From: Spirochaetales bacterium
Lineage (GTDB): Bacteria > Spirochaetota > Spirochaetia > PWKH01
DNA length: 54,139 nucleotides
Direction of reading: 5' to 3'
Assembly (NCBI GenBank): GCA_021736605.1
Contig: JAIPFQ010000002.1
Location: forward strand, 1-54,139
A program made the position numbers and the translations under genes. The notes below the pieces were generated by a model. It was not told where the DNA came from. It did not search any database and worked only from the letters and a program-made list of their open reading frames with translations. Below are positions 34,935-43,958 of this stretch, one piece after another (the first letter of the stretch is position 1; every line of letters starts with the position of its first letter).

Positions 34935-36149
34935 TTATTCCGGCAAGCCGTAAGTTTCATAGACATAATCTATGTCTTTGTCTCCCCGCCCTGAAAGATT
35001 TACAAGTATAGTTTTATCCTTCGGCAGTTTCTGGGCCAGTTTGATTGCAAAAGAAATTGCATGAGCTGATTCAAGGGCAGGAATTATTCCTTCAGTTCTC
35101 GATAATTCATAAAAAGCTGTAATGGCTTCAACATCGTTGGCTGTTGTATATTTAACACGCTTGATATCCTTCAAGTAACTGTGCTGAGGCCCTACTCCGG
35201 GATAGTCAAGTCCGCTGGCGACTGAGTATACTGGAAGTGGTTCTCCATCATCATCTTGGAGGAGATAGCAGGAGAACCCGTGGATTTTTCCCGGTTTCCC
35301 ATAAGTAAGTGTTGCAGCATGCTCTCCGGATTTAAAACTTTTTCCAGCAGGTTCGACACCATACATTTGTACCTCTGTGTCATTTAAGAATTCAGTAAAA
35401 AGCCCGATTGCATTTGAACCGCCGCCGACACAGGCGATCAGGTTGTCAGGAAGAGTATTTGTTAAGTCTTTGAACTGCTGTTTAGCCTCCTTTCCGACAA
35501 TGGACTGAAAATCTCTGACCATCATAGGAAAGGGATGCGGACCCACTACTGATCCAATTGCATAAAGCTGTGTATTAGGATCTTTCATGTAAGCTTCAAA
35601 TGCTGCGTCCACAGCATCTTTGAGCGTTTTTGTTCCACGGTCTACAGGAATTACGGTAGCACCTAATATTTTCATGCGAATGACATTGGGATGTTCCTTA
35701 ACGATATCTATCTCACCCATGTAAATATCGCACTCCAGTCCAACGAGGGCCGCTGCAGTAGCAAGGGCTACTCCATGCTGCCCGGCTCCTGTTTCAGCGA
35801 TAATTTTCTTTTTTCCCATTTTTTTTGCTAAAAGAGCTTCACCAATACAGTGATTGATTTTGTGAGCTCCAGTATGGTTGAGATCTTCTCTTTTGAAATA
35901 GATTTGTGCACCTCCAAGTTTATCTGAAAGGTGTTTTGCATAATAAATTGGTGAAGGTCTTCCAACATAATGTGTATAGTAGTAGGCTAGTTCAGTTGTA
36001 AATGCTTCATCCTTGCGTATATCAGCGTATGCATCTCGGATCTCATCAATAATGGTCTGCATTTGCGGAGGAAGATAACTTCCGCCGTAGTCTCCAAAAA
36101 AACCTTGTTCATTAGGTAAATTGCTTAAATTATCCTTTACTGTTTTCAT
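34935..36149 (-). CDS. trpB: Tryptophan synthase beta chain
   Basis: The PLP-Lys motif [10 protein letters not shown] is present, with GAGQHG and [13 protein letters not shown] 36149 is preceded by GAGGAG. No trpA is adjacent. Confidence 0.9.
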   Translation of the reverse strand: MKTVKDNLSNLPNEQGFFGDYGGSYLPPQMQTIIDEIRDAYADIRKDEAFTTELAYYYTHYVGRPSPIYYAKHLSDKLGGAQIYFKREDLNHTGAHKINHCIGEALLAKKMGKKKIIAETGAGQHGVALATAAALVGLECDIYMGEIDIVKEHPNVIRMKILGATVIPVDRGTKTLKDAVDAAFEAYMKDPNTQLYAIGSVVGPHPFPMMVRDFQSIVGKEAKQQFKDLTNTLPDNLIACVGGGSNAIGLFTEFLNDTEVQMYGVEPAGKSFKSGEHAATLTYGKPGKIHGFSCYLLQDDDGEPLPVYSVASGLDYPGVGPQHSYLKDIKRVKYTTANDVEAITAFYELSRTEGIIPALESAHAISFAIKLAQKLPKDKTILVNLSGRGDKDIDYVYETYGLPE

Positions 36150-36414
36150 TATCAATCTCCTCAATTAAATGTTTGCAAATAGAATCCGGCTGTTTCAGTA
36201 TTTTAGATCCCCGGGTAATTTTACAGAGACTTATTCCCAAGTCGTGCGCTATCTCTCTTTGGGGAACCTTATGTTTCAAGTCTTTCATAAGGCGCCAACG
36301 CAGTGCAAAATCATATTTTTCTTTCATGGTAAACAACTCTTCAAACAGTTTCTGCATTTGTTCGTAACTATTGACGGATGCAAAAATCTGAATAACTTCT
36401 TCAATGTCTTTCAT
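36130..36414 (-). CDS. TrpR-related (YerC/YecD-like) small HTH protein
   Basis: The 94-aa protein reads ...[38 protein letters not shown]. It overlaps the trpB start by 20 nt. AGAGGG RBS. Confidence 0.7.
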   Translation of the reverse strand: MKDIEEVIQIFASVNSYEQMQKLFEELFTMKEKYDFALRWRLMKDLKHKVPQREIAHDLGISLCKITRGSKILKQPDSICKHLIEEIDNENSKG

Positions 36415-36481
36415 GGTGCCCTCTGTCTGTTTATGAAATCCGCCTCAATGGCTGATTTTTTATGTAAATGTTTCTTCAAGC

Positions 36482-36534
36482 AGTAACATTGGTCTATATC
36501 TGCCAATGTTACTATAAATAGTAACATGTGTAAA
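36482..36534 (-). promoter_or_regulatory. Candidate promoter (TTTACA, 17 nt, TAACAT) overlapped by three GTAACAT half-sites
   Basis: The inverted repeat agtaacattgg (36482-36492) / ccaatgttact (36503-36513) has an 11-bp perfect arm. A third copy, agtaacatg, lies at 36520-36528. The -10 is the complement of 36506-36511 and the -35 is the complement of 36529-36534. Confidence 0.4.
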
Positions 36535-36561
36535 GAGTTAAATTCATTTTTTACAAAATAT

Positions 36562-36601
36562 AACATTTTATACGAGGATAAAAACATTTTATACGAGGAT
36601 A
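36562..36601. repeat. 19-bp perfect direct repeat aacattttatacgaggata x2 at 21-bp period
   Basis: The copies are at 36562-36580 and 36583-36601. Confidence 0.95.
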
Positions 36602-36664
36602 TAAACAGAGGTTTCAGATTGGGATAAAATTGTTCATAGAAGTGTTTTACTGGAAGGCTTCCCC

Positions 36665-36693
36665 TTGACTTTTTATAGAACGGTGACTATAGT
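36665..36693 (+). promoter_or_regulatory. Sigma70-like promoter (TTGACT, 17 nt, TATAGT) for the small zinc-ribbon gene
   Basis: The hexamers are at 36665-36670 and 36688-36693, 58 nt upstream of ATG 36751. Confidence 0.5.
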
Positions 36694-36750
36694 TTTCAGG
36701 AACTTCACCATAAATTTTTTTAAATATAGATTATTACATAAGGAGAACAT

Positions 36751-36945
36751 ATGGCTAAATCACATAGAGGTTCCGGAATCAGGGAAGAATTGAATCAGGG
36801 TCGAGGTACGTGCCCTATTTGTAAACGTACAGGTATTAAACTTTTCTATGAACATGAAGTGAATGATAAGAAGATAATGGTTTGTAAGCAGTGCCACTCA
36901 GCTATAAAAAAGGGAAAATTCAAAGACGCACTTAAAGCTGTATAA
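36751..36945 (+). CDS. Small basic zinc-ribbon protein (64 aa, CxxC...CxxC)
   Basis: AAGGAG lies 5 nt upstream of the ATG. The cysteine pairs are CPICK and CKQCH, 22 residues apart. It has its own promoter-like site. Confidence 0.6.
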   Translation: MAKSHRGSGIREELNQGRGTCPICKRTGIKLFYEHEVNDKKIMVCKQCHSAIKKGKFKDALKAV

Positions 36946-37044
36946 AAAGCATCCGTTACATACAGGCTTAATGTTGAATAAAGATTTCTGTATAATTAAC
37001 TGCATGTACCATGCAGGCTTTGATTACCTATTTGACAGGGAAGT

Positions 37045-38526
37045 ATGAATTATTATTTTGTAGGGATATGCGGAACAGGTATGTCGAACCTTGCGGTTAT
37101 TCTGCATCTTCTCGGCCATACTGTTTCTGGTTCTGATGCAGATTCTTCTTTCTATACGTATGCTGATTTAAAACGTTTTGAAATACAGGTTTTTACAGGA
37201 TTTTCTGAAAAGCGCATCACTAATGATATTGATGCGCTTATTTATTCTTCTGCTTATAAATCCGCCAGAACAAAAGAGTTGAACATCCCGGAAAATAGTG
37301 AAATTCTTGAAGCAGAAAAAAAGAATATAAAAACTTACTCCTATGCTGAAATGGCAGGTGTTCTTTCTGCAAAGTACAGCACCATAGCGGTAGCTGGTAC
37401 GCATGGTAAAACCACAACAACTATGATGTTGGCGTATGCTATGCGTGAACTGCACATTCCTGTGCTTGTATTGGCAGGAACTTCCATCGAACAGGAGAAA
37501 TTTTTGTTTCCTGAAAAAAATCAGTCTTCAGCTAATAAGGGGCTGTCCCCTGTTCTTATCCTTGAAGCCTGTGAATATCAAGAGCATTTTCAATTATATT
37601 CCCCGGACCTTCTTGTGCTTACGAATATTGATTATGATCATGTCGATTATTACCCTAGCGTTGAAATGTACAGAAAAGCTTTCTTAAAATTAGTCTTGAA
37701 GATGTCTCATGAAACCGAGGGAAAAACTGTCTTGTTTAATTTCGAAGACATCGGTTCACAGAAAGTGTTTGAAATGGCGAATACTCAAGATGATTCAATA
37801 CAGTCTGTATTTTACGGTGTAGATTCAAAAAATCACAGCCTTATATGGTATAAGGGAGAATCCCAAAAATCCCGAATTACAGAGAAGATACAGAGAATGC
37901 ACCTATCATCCTCCGTTTATACTGGAGGGAAAGCGCTTCAGCTTGATGCAGCAGCTGCTTTTGCTTCCTGCTGGATGTATCTGCAGCAGAAGGGGATAGA
38001 ATTAAAAGAAGCTGCTCAAGTCATTGCCCAGGGTATCTCTTCATATCCTGGAGCTCGAAGAAGATTAGAAAAGCTGGGCGAAGCTGGCGAGGTTCTCTTC
38101 TTTGACGACTATGCGCATCATCCGAAGGAGATTCAAGCAGCCTTGGAGGAACTCCGTTCTGCCTACCCGCAGCGCCGTCTGGTAGTAGATTTTATCCCCC
38201 ATACTATAAGCAGGACAAAAGCCTTTGAGAAGGATTTTGCAGAAGTTCTTTCTGAGCATGCCGATATCATCTTTCTTCAGGAGATTTATGCCTCCATACG
38301 GGAAGCCGATATTTCTGCAGATTATTCATCCAGGGCACTTGCTGAAAGAATTGAAAAAGCGGTATTTTTTCAAAACTATACAGCGGCAATGGAAAATATT
38401 CCTTCCAGCTTGAAGAGAGGTGATTTGTTCATTACCATGGGAGCCGGCGATAACAGGGAACTAGGTATCAGAATTTTTAAGGCTCTAAAACAAAAAGAAA
38501 TGGAAAAGGAGAGGACGAATATATGA
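37045..38526 (+). CDS. murC: UDP-N-acetylmuramate--L-alanine ligase (Mur ligase family; Mpl not excluded)
   Basis: The N-terminal Rossmann segment is YFVGICGTGMSNLAVILHLLGHTVSGSD. The P-loop is AVAGTHGKTTTT. Confidence 0.75.
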   Translation: MNYYFVGICGTGMSNLAVILHLLGHTVSGSDADSSFYTYADLKRFEIQVFTGFSEKRITNDIDALIYSSAYKSARTKELNIPENSEILEAEKKNIKTYSYAEMAGVLSAKYSTIAVAGTHGKTTTTMMLAYAMRELHIPVLVLAGTSIEQEKFLFPEKNQSSANKGLSPVLILEACEYQEHFQLYSPDLLVLTNIDYDHVDYYPSVEMYRKAFLKLVLKMSHETEGKTVLFNFEDIGSQKVFEMANTQDDSIQSVFYGVDSKNHSLIWYKGESQKSRITEKIQRMHLSSSVYTGGKALQLDAAAAFASCWMYLQQKGIELKEAAQVIAQGISSYPGARRRLEKLGEAGEVLFFDDYAHHPKEIQAALEELRSAYPQRRLVVDFIPHTISRTKAFEKDFAEVLSEHADIIFLQEIYASIREADISADYSSRALAERIEKAVFFQNYTAAMENIPSSLKRGDLFITMGAGDNRELGIRIFKALKQKEMEKERTNI

Positions 38527-39389
38527 AAAGTATGACAGGATATGCCTATCAGGAATTCCAGAATGATGAGGTGCAGCTTCTAGTAGAAGTTAAATCATAT
38601 AATAATAGATATTTGGATATGACGCTGAATATACCCGCTTTCCTGAATCCTCTGGAGCCTAAAATTCGTTCACTAATAAAAGGGACTGTCTTAAGAGGCC
38701 ATGTAGATGTAACTATCCGTCTTAGGAGGCTCTCTATTGATTCAGAACTCTATGTGGACAAAGATGCGGTACTGAAATACAAGCAGTCATTTCAGGAAAT
38801 TGCTCAGATAGCAGATATTGATGAAACTCTGCGGCTGTCACACTTCATGCATTTGGATGATATTATTAAACCTGTTAAAAACCAGGATATCGAAAAATAT
38901 GCTGAAATTATCATACCCATGCTTCAGGAAGTAGTAGGAGAGTATGAGGAAACTCGCCGAAAAGAGGGAGAACTGACAAGGAAGGATATCATTACACAAC
39001 TTACCGATTTTCGTCAGTCTCTGGAGGATGTTAAAAATTCAGCGATGCTTCTTGAAGATCGTATTAAAACTACACTGTTGGAAAAATTTGAAGAGCTGTT
39101 GGGAAAAGATTATGATGAGAACCGTTTTATGTCCGAAGTAGCAGTTCTTATGGTAAAATACTCAGTTAATGAAGAACTTCAGAGAATTGAAAGCCATCTG
39201 CATCAATTTGAAGCGTTTTTAGAGGAAAAAAATGCGGTGGGCAAAAAAATTGATTTTCTCTGTCAGGAACTGAATCGTGAAATTAATACCATAGCTTCTA
39301 AAAGCAGCATGGTGGAAGTAAACCAAGCGGTTGTAGTCATGAAGGATCGTCTGGAAAATATTCGGGAGCAGCTGAGAAATGTTGAATAA
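38523..39389 (+). CDS. yicC: YicC-family protein
   Basis: The N-terminus MKSMTGYAYQEF...VEVKSYNNRYLD and the C-terminal region KIDFLCQELNREINTIASKS are present. Confidence 0.9.
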   Translation: MKSMTGYAYQEFQNDEVQLLVEVKSYNNRYLDMTLNIPAFLNPLEPKIRSLIKGTVLRGHVDVTIRLRRLSIDSELYVDKDAVLKYKQSFQEIAQIADIDETLRLSHFMHLDDIIKPVKNQDIEKYAEIIIPMLQEVVGEYEETRRKEGELTRKDIITQLTDFRQSLEDVKNSAMLLEDRIKTTLLEKFEELLGKDYDENRFMSEVAVLMVKYSVNEELQRIESHLHQFEAFLEEKNAVGKKIDFLCQELNREINTIASKSSMVEVNQAVVVMKDRLENIREQLRNVE

Positions 39390-40011
39390 AAAGAGTGATA
39401 AAGCGGAGTCATCCAGTGGTAAAGACTTATTCGGTGATACAAAGTCTGAGCCGAATGAAATTAATACTAATATGGGGAAAAAGAAGTATCATCAGATTGC
39501 AATTTCGGGAAAAAGCGGCTGCGGTAACAGTACGGTTAGCAGACTAGTGGCAGAGAAACTCAAAATTGATGTAATCAATTATACATTTCGAAACATGGCC
39601 GAGGATGAAGGAATCTCTTTTCTTGAATTATGCAGACTAGCAGAAGAGACTGATGCATACGATATTAAGCTTGATAAGAAGCAAGTTGAACTGGCTTCCC
39701 AAAAGAACTGTGTCCTCGGTTCACGACTTGCAGTTTGGATGCTGAATAAAGCAGATATAAAGGTGTATCTTGAAGCTTCCTTGGAAACCAGAGCAGAGCG
39801 TATTAATTCACGCGAAGGTGGAAGCTTTGAGGAAAAGCTTCAGGAAACACTTGAGCGGGATCGAAGGGATACACAACGGTATAAGCGTATTTACGGTATT
39901 GATAATAACGATTACCATTTTGTGGATTTGATCATTAATACTGATATAAGCAACCAGTTTGAAACAGCTGAAAAAATTGTTGAGGCTTATTACGCTTTAC
40001 AAGTAAGGTGA
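39379..40011 (+). CDS. cmk: Cytidylate kinase, archaeal/AAA-type
   Basis: The P-loop is IAISGKSGCGNSTVSRLVAEKL. LGSRLAVWML and LETRAERINSREG match the archaeal-type Cmk layout. Confidence 0.65.
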   Translation: MLNKKSDKAESSSGKDLFGDTKSEPNEINTNMGKKKYHQIAISGKSGCGNSTVSRLVAEKLKIDVINYTFRNMAEDEGISFLELCRLAEETDAYDIKLDKKQVELASQKNCVLGSRLAVWMLNKADIKVYLEASLETRAERINSREGGSFEEKLQETLERDRRDTQRYKRIYGIDNNDYHFVDLIINTDISNQFETAEKIVEAYYALQVR

Positions 40012-40162
40012 AAATCGATATACTAAGCTGACTGAAAACGCATCAGAAAAAGCACCATTGTCATGTATCATAATTCTCATGAGATAACAATACAGACACA
40101 AGCATGCTGTTTTTTTGTAATTTTTTTCTTACTTTTTCAGTATTATCAATTATTTCTGATGA

Positions 40163-40381
40163 ATGCCGGGAGGAACACCAGTGGCAATACCGATAGATAT
40201 CTTGATCAATAAAGATTCAAACGTGTATGAACTTACAAGCGCTTCAATAAAGGAAGCAGCCTTTATCACAAAATATGGGGACACGGAAGTTGAAAAACAT
40301 AACGGAAAAGTTGTATCCACCGCAATAACTCAGGTGCTGGAAAATCGTGTCAAATACTTTTTTAACAAAAAAGAGAGCTGA
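40163..40381 (+). CDS. rpoZ: Probable RNA polymerase omega subunit
   Basis: The 72-aa protein has the core NVYELTSASIKEAAFIT. Its position after yicC and a nucleotide kinase is the common yicC-gmk-rpoZ context. Sequence similarity is judged by eye only. Confidence 0.45.
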   Translation: MPGGTPVAIPIDILINKDSNVYELTSASIKEAAFITKYGDTEVEKHNGKVVSTAITQVLENRVKYFFNKKES

Positions 40382-41312
40382 TCCCTTCTCATTGTATCCT
40401 GTCCTTTTAATTTTTGGTCCTACTGCTGTAGGGAAAACCCAGTTAATTAATAGTTATTTTCATACAGGATATGAAATTATTAGCGCTGATTCAATGCAGG
40501 TATATACTGGGCTTGATATTGGAACAGCAAAACCCTCTCAGAAAGAATTATCAATAGTTCCCCACCATCTCATTAATGTACAAAATCCTGATAAGCAGTT
40601 CACCGTGGGGGATTTTGTGCTTTCTGCTGATGCCTTAATTGCTGATATAACCGCTCGGGCTAATGTGCCCCTTATATCAGGCGGTACTGCATACTATTTT
40701 AAGCATTTCCTCTTCGGTCTCCCTGGAACTCCTAAGGGAGATCCCAATATCCGAAAAAGGCTTGAAAACAGCATGGCTGAGACAGGGTTAGAGGCAATGC
40801 ATAGAAGACTTGCGCAGGTTGACCCTGAATCTGCTGAAAAAATCTCCGGTCAGGATGCTTATCGCATTATTCGGGCATTGGAAGTCTTTGAGGTTTCAGG
40901 GTTTCCCCTTTCATCCTATAAAGTTCAACAGACTTTACGTTCTCATATCGATCCATTAATTATTGGTCTCTATAGAGAGAAAAGCGAGCTTGAAAGCAGA
41001 ATTGAACAGAGAGTGGAAATCATGATGAAGCAGGGACTTACAGAAGAAATCAAGCGATTGATCAGCCTTGGCGCCCATGAGGAGTGGCCCGGTATGAAAG
41101 GTATCGGTTACAGGGAATTCTTTTTGTGGAGAAAAAGAGGGGAGGCTTCCTTAAGAACTATTCAGAATCTCATCATAAAGAACAGCTGCAGATATGCCAA
41201 GCAGCAAATGACTTTTTTCAAATCTCTTCCGGGGGTGCAGTGGTTTCACCCCGATCAGACTGATCTGATCTATCAAGCGGTTCGGCAGAAATTTCCTCAA
41301 TTGAATCTATAA
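40347..41312 (+). CDS. miaA: tRNA dimethylallyltransferase
   Basis: The P-loop LIFGPTAVGKTQL and ISADSMQVYTGLDIGTAKPS are present. The start is uncertain: GTG 40347 overlaps rpoZ, and TTG 40392 is an alternative. Confidence 0.9.
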   Translation: MSNTFLTKKRADPFSLYPVLLIFGPTAVGKTQLINSYFHTGYEIISADSMQVYTGLDIGTAKPSQKELSIVPHHLINVQNPDKQFTVGDFVLSADALIADITARANVPLISGGTAYYFKHFLFGLPGTPKGDPNIRKRLENSMAETGLEAMHRRLAQVDPESAEKISGQDAYRIIRALEVFEVSGFPLSSYKVQQTLRSHIDPLIIGLYREKSELESRIEQRVEIMMKQGLTEEIKRLISLGAHEEWPGMKGIGYREFFLWRKRGEASLRTIQNLIIKNSCRYAKQQMTFFKSLPGVQWFHPDQTDLIYQAVRQKFPQLNL

Positions 41313-42690
41313 TATAGTGATTGTTTACCTTTTTAAGTTTCAGCTCTTCTACAAAACGAGTACTTGCGGGGAATTCAAACTTTTCAGTCTGCGCAGTCTG
41401 ATCAGGTTTCTCCTGATTTGCTGATGCTCCGTTATCAGCAAGTTCCGGATCAGGGTACCAGAGAATATACTCTGCAGTAAACGTATTTGGTCCAGTCTTT
41501 TTTATTTCCAGATCCGTAATTCCGTAAACCAGGGAGTACTGTTCCAGCTTAGGTTTGCCTTGATCAAGCCAGTCCTGAGCTTTGAGAAGTCCTTGCTGAG
41601 AACCATAGGCCGTTCGTACTGCATTTGTTACATAAAGATAGACCATCTGGTTTTCACGACTGTTTTTTACGGATTTGGATAAAACTGTATCAAATTCATT
41701 CATGTTCAGATCATTCTGGAGCTGGTAATAGTATTCGACAACTTTTTCCGGCGGCCAGCCTTCAGTTATAGGCGGCTGCAAAGAACGGTATATCGCTGTA
41801 GAGCCCCCTATAACGATAAAAAGAAGTAGAGCAGCGCCTATAATCAGCATTGTGCCTTTTTTTCTGAAGAAAAGCGAACGTCTGGCCTTTTTCTGAATCA
41901 TACGTAAGTATTCTTCTTTCTGTGCTTCCGCATTTTCCACAGCTTTAGTATCAGCATGTTGAGTAAGACATTCCTTATTGCTTTCGATCCATTCAATCAT
42001 TTCCTGTAATGCAGGGTAATCCGTTTTTCCTTCAAGCCAGTTGTTTATTTTCTCGGAGCATTCTTGAGTTATTCCCGGGCAGAGGTATTCAACAGGAATT
42101 GGATGATACCCGCTGTCTCGGATTATTTGTTCCTTCAGGGGGGCTTTTCCTGTAAGAGCACCATACAATAGACTGACTAACTGATAAGAGAAAGCTTTAT
42201 TGTCGGATAGGCCGGGTTTTACCCAATCCCTCTTATAACGATTCTCTTCTTCAGTAGAAAGGGACTGCTCCATGAACTGTACAACTGTAACGGGTAGAAC
42301 CAGAATTCCTCTGTTTGGTATAAGCCAAATAGAAAGTAATGGGCGTGTGAGCTGCAGTGAGATAGATATTTCCATTTCAGAAAGAAATTTGTTCAGCTTT
42401 TTATATACAAAGGCCAGTCGCTGTATTCTTGTTCCTGCGGAAGCTGCAGAATTTTCCGCAAGAGTGCTCAGCGGCTGGAGTTTATCTATATCACTGTATA
42501 GATATCGTGTCCCCTTTATTGTTGTAATGCCTTCCCAATACCAGGGACTGATTGTTTCCGGTGTTATCAGATAACCTGGTTCCTTTTCCCCTTGAAACAT
42601 CTTTCTTGGAAGTGAAGTTTCGGTTTTAGCAACGGGAATTCCACACTTTGCTTTGTCGTTTATAGTGAATTTCTTTGCTGATAATTTCAT
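41218..42690 (-). CDS. Single-pass membrane protein with a degenerate kinase-like N-terminal region and an extracytoplasmic C-terminal domain
   Basis: YQLVSLLYGALTGKAPL resembles the protein-kinase C-lobe helix, but no catalytic loop was seen. The TM helix is LIIGAALLLFIVIGGSTAIY. The 3' end overlaps miaA by 95 nt. Confidence 0.5.
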   Translation of the reverse strand: MKLSAKKFTINDKAKCGIPVAKTETSLPRKMFQGEKEPGYLITPETISPWYWEGITTIKGTRYLYSDIDKLQPLSTLAENSAASAGTRIQRLAFVYKKLNKFLSEMEISISLQLTRPLLSIWLIPNRGILVLPVTVVQFMEQSLSTEEENRYKRDWVKPGLSDNKAFSYQLVSLLYGALTGKAPLKEQIIRDSGYHPIPVEYLCPGITQECSEKINNWLEGKTDYPALQEMIEWIESNKECLTQHADTKAVENAEAQKEEYLRMIQKKARRSLFFRKKGTMLIIGAALLLFIVIGGSTAIYRSLQPPITEGWPPEKVVEYYYQLQNDLNMNEFDTVLSKSVKNSRENQMVYLYVTNAVRTAYGSQQGLLKAQDWLDQGKPKLEQYSLVYGITDLEIKKTGPNTFTAEYILWYPDPELADNGASANQEKPDQTAQTEKFEFPASTRFVEELKLKKVNNHYIIDSIEEISAEPLDRSDQSDRGETTAPPEEI

Positions 42691-42851
42691 TTGATTTCCC
42701 TGCTGGTATATTGAGTGAAACTGCTTTTTATTGCATAAGCTATTGCTTAAGCAGTAGTATTGTTCAAAATCTACTTATCCGAATATATATTAAAATAAAT
42801 TAAAATGAAAGCTAATGCAAGTTGGGATTACCGCGAAAAGGTATATAGATA

Positions 42852-43958
42852 TCATGGAATACTTCTACTTATAAAACTTGAAAAATGTGCAGCGTAAGCA
42901 TCATCATAATATGTATATTCAGAAAGTTCAGCATATACAGTTGAACCAATTTCTGCTCTTCTCAGTGCTTCCAGAGCCAGTGGGCAGCATATAGTAAGCT
43001 CTTTTTTCCTGTAAAGTTCAAGCAAAGGGTATTTCTTTCGAAATAATTCATCTTCAGTGAGCCATTTTTTTGCTAAGGAGGCATGTTTTTGTGCCTGTTC
43101 ACAAAGTTCATAGCCAGTAAGATTGGCTGAAACTGCATAGATGGTGTCCGGACTATCTATACGACTGATTACTGAGGCTAAGGTTTTTGCATCCTTGGAT
43201 TTACTGCTGCCGCAGAAAATAGGTACGATTGGGATTCCTGAGAAAAAGTATTCAATAAATGGGAAATTCAGCTCAAGGGCGGGTTCCTCAAATATAAACA
43301 CCCAGTCACGGTAAACCTTAGAGCCGCTGACAGCAGAATTTGAGTAGGTATCAGAAGGGGAGGTATCTGAAGGAGATGTATCTGAAGGAGATGTATCTGA
43401 AGGAGATGTATCTGAAGACGATGTACCTGAAGTCAGAGTCGGATCTGATGTAGCGCTGTTTTTTCCTGGTTTCATTTTCGGATTTTTTCTTAGATCTGTA
43501 AATTCTTTTAGAATAAGTTCAATTGACGGCCTATGTATTGAAATTGTACTGCTTAGAGTCTCCAATTCTTCCATATCAGGAATGAATAATCCTTCAAGCC
43601 CTTCCGGATGCGGCTCGTGGACAGGCAGCAGCAGAACAATTTTTTCGGGTTTTGCCGGCTGAGCAGCTGTTATTCCAGCTGTTTCGTCATCTCCCTGTCT
43701 GTTTGCTTCCTGGCTTGAATGGGTGTTTGAAAAGTTATTGAAAGCAGCACTCCAAGCATGAGCTAAAAGTGGAGCAATAAAATCATAAGAAGCATGAGGG
43801 ACAATGATTGTTCTTGAATCAGGGTCTGAAAAATGGGAATATACACCCTGAAGAGTATCAGCTAGCGCCGCCGCTTTTTTTTGTACGTCTTCAGCAGAGT
43901 CCGGATATAGGATGCCGCTGCTTATAAGTTTGAAGTTCTGCCTGTTTTCTGCACTCAT
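42852..43958 (-). CDS. MEMO1/AmmeMemoRadiSam-B family protein with a low-complexity insertion
   Basis: GILYPDSAEDV... and IVPHASYDFIAPLLAHAW match the Memo N-terminal motifs (PHAGY type). The insert reads SDTSPSDTSPSDTSPSDTSPSDT. Confidence 0.6.
   Translation of the reverse strand: MSAENRQNFKLISSGILYPDSAEDVQKKAAALADTLQGVYSHFSDPDSRTIIVPHASYDFIAPLLAHAWSAAFNNFSNTHSSQEANRQGDDETAGITAAQPAKPEKIVLLLPVHEPHPEGLEGLFIPDMEELETLSSTISIHRPSIELILKEFTDLRKNPKMKPGKNSATSDPTLTSGTSSSDTSPSDTSPSDTSPSDTSPSDTYSNSAVSGSKVYRDWVFIFEEPALELNFPFIEYFFSGIPIVPIFCGSSKSKDAKTLASVISRIDSPDTIYAVSANLTGYELCEQAQKHASLAKKWLTEDELFRKKYPLLELYRKKELTICCPLALEALRRAEIGSTVYAELSEYTYYDDAYAAHFSSFISRSIP
43348..43437. repeat. In-frame 15-bp tandem repeat (about 6 units, 3 perfect) encoding (SDTSP)n
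   Basis: The unit gtatctgaaggagat is perfect at 43363, 43378 and 43393. Degenerate units flank these copies. Confidence 0.9.

Noticed and set aside
1475-36601. I considered whether the short tandem repeats at 1475-1519, 10708-10757 and 36562-36601 form a CRISPR array.
   Set aside because: The units are 8-21 bp with no unique spacers, there are too few copies, and no cas genes are present.
42852-43958. I considered whether a complete AmmeMemoRadiSam system is present.
   Set aside because: Only the Memo-like (B) component is present. No AMMECR1 or radical SAM gene lies in the window.
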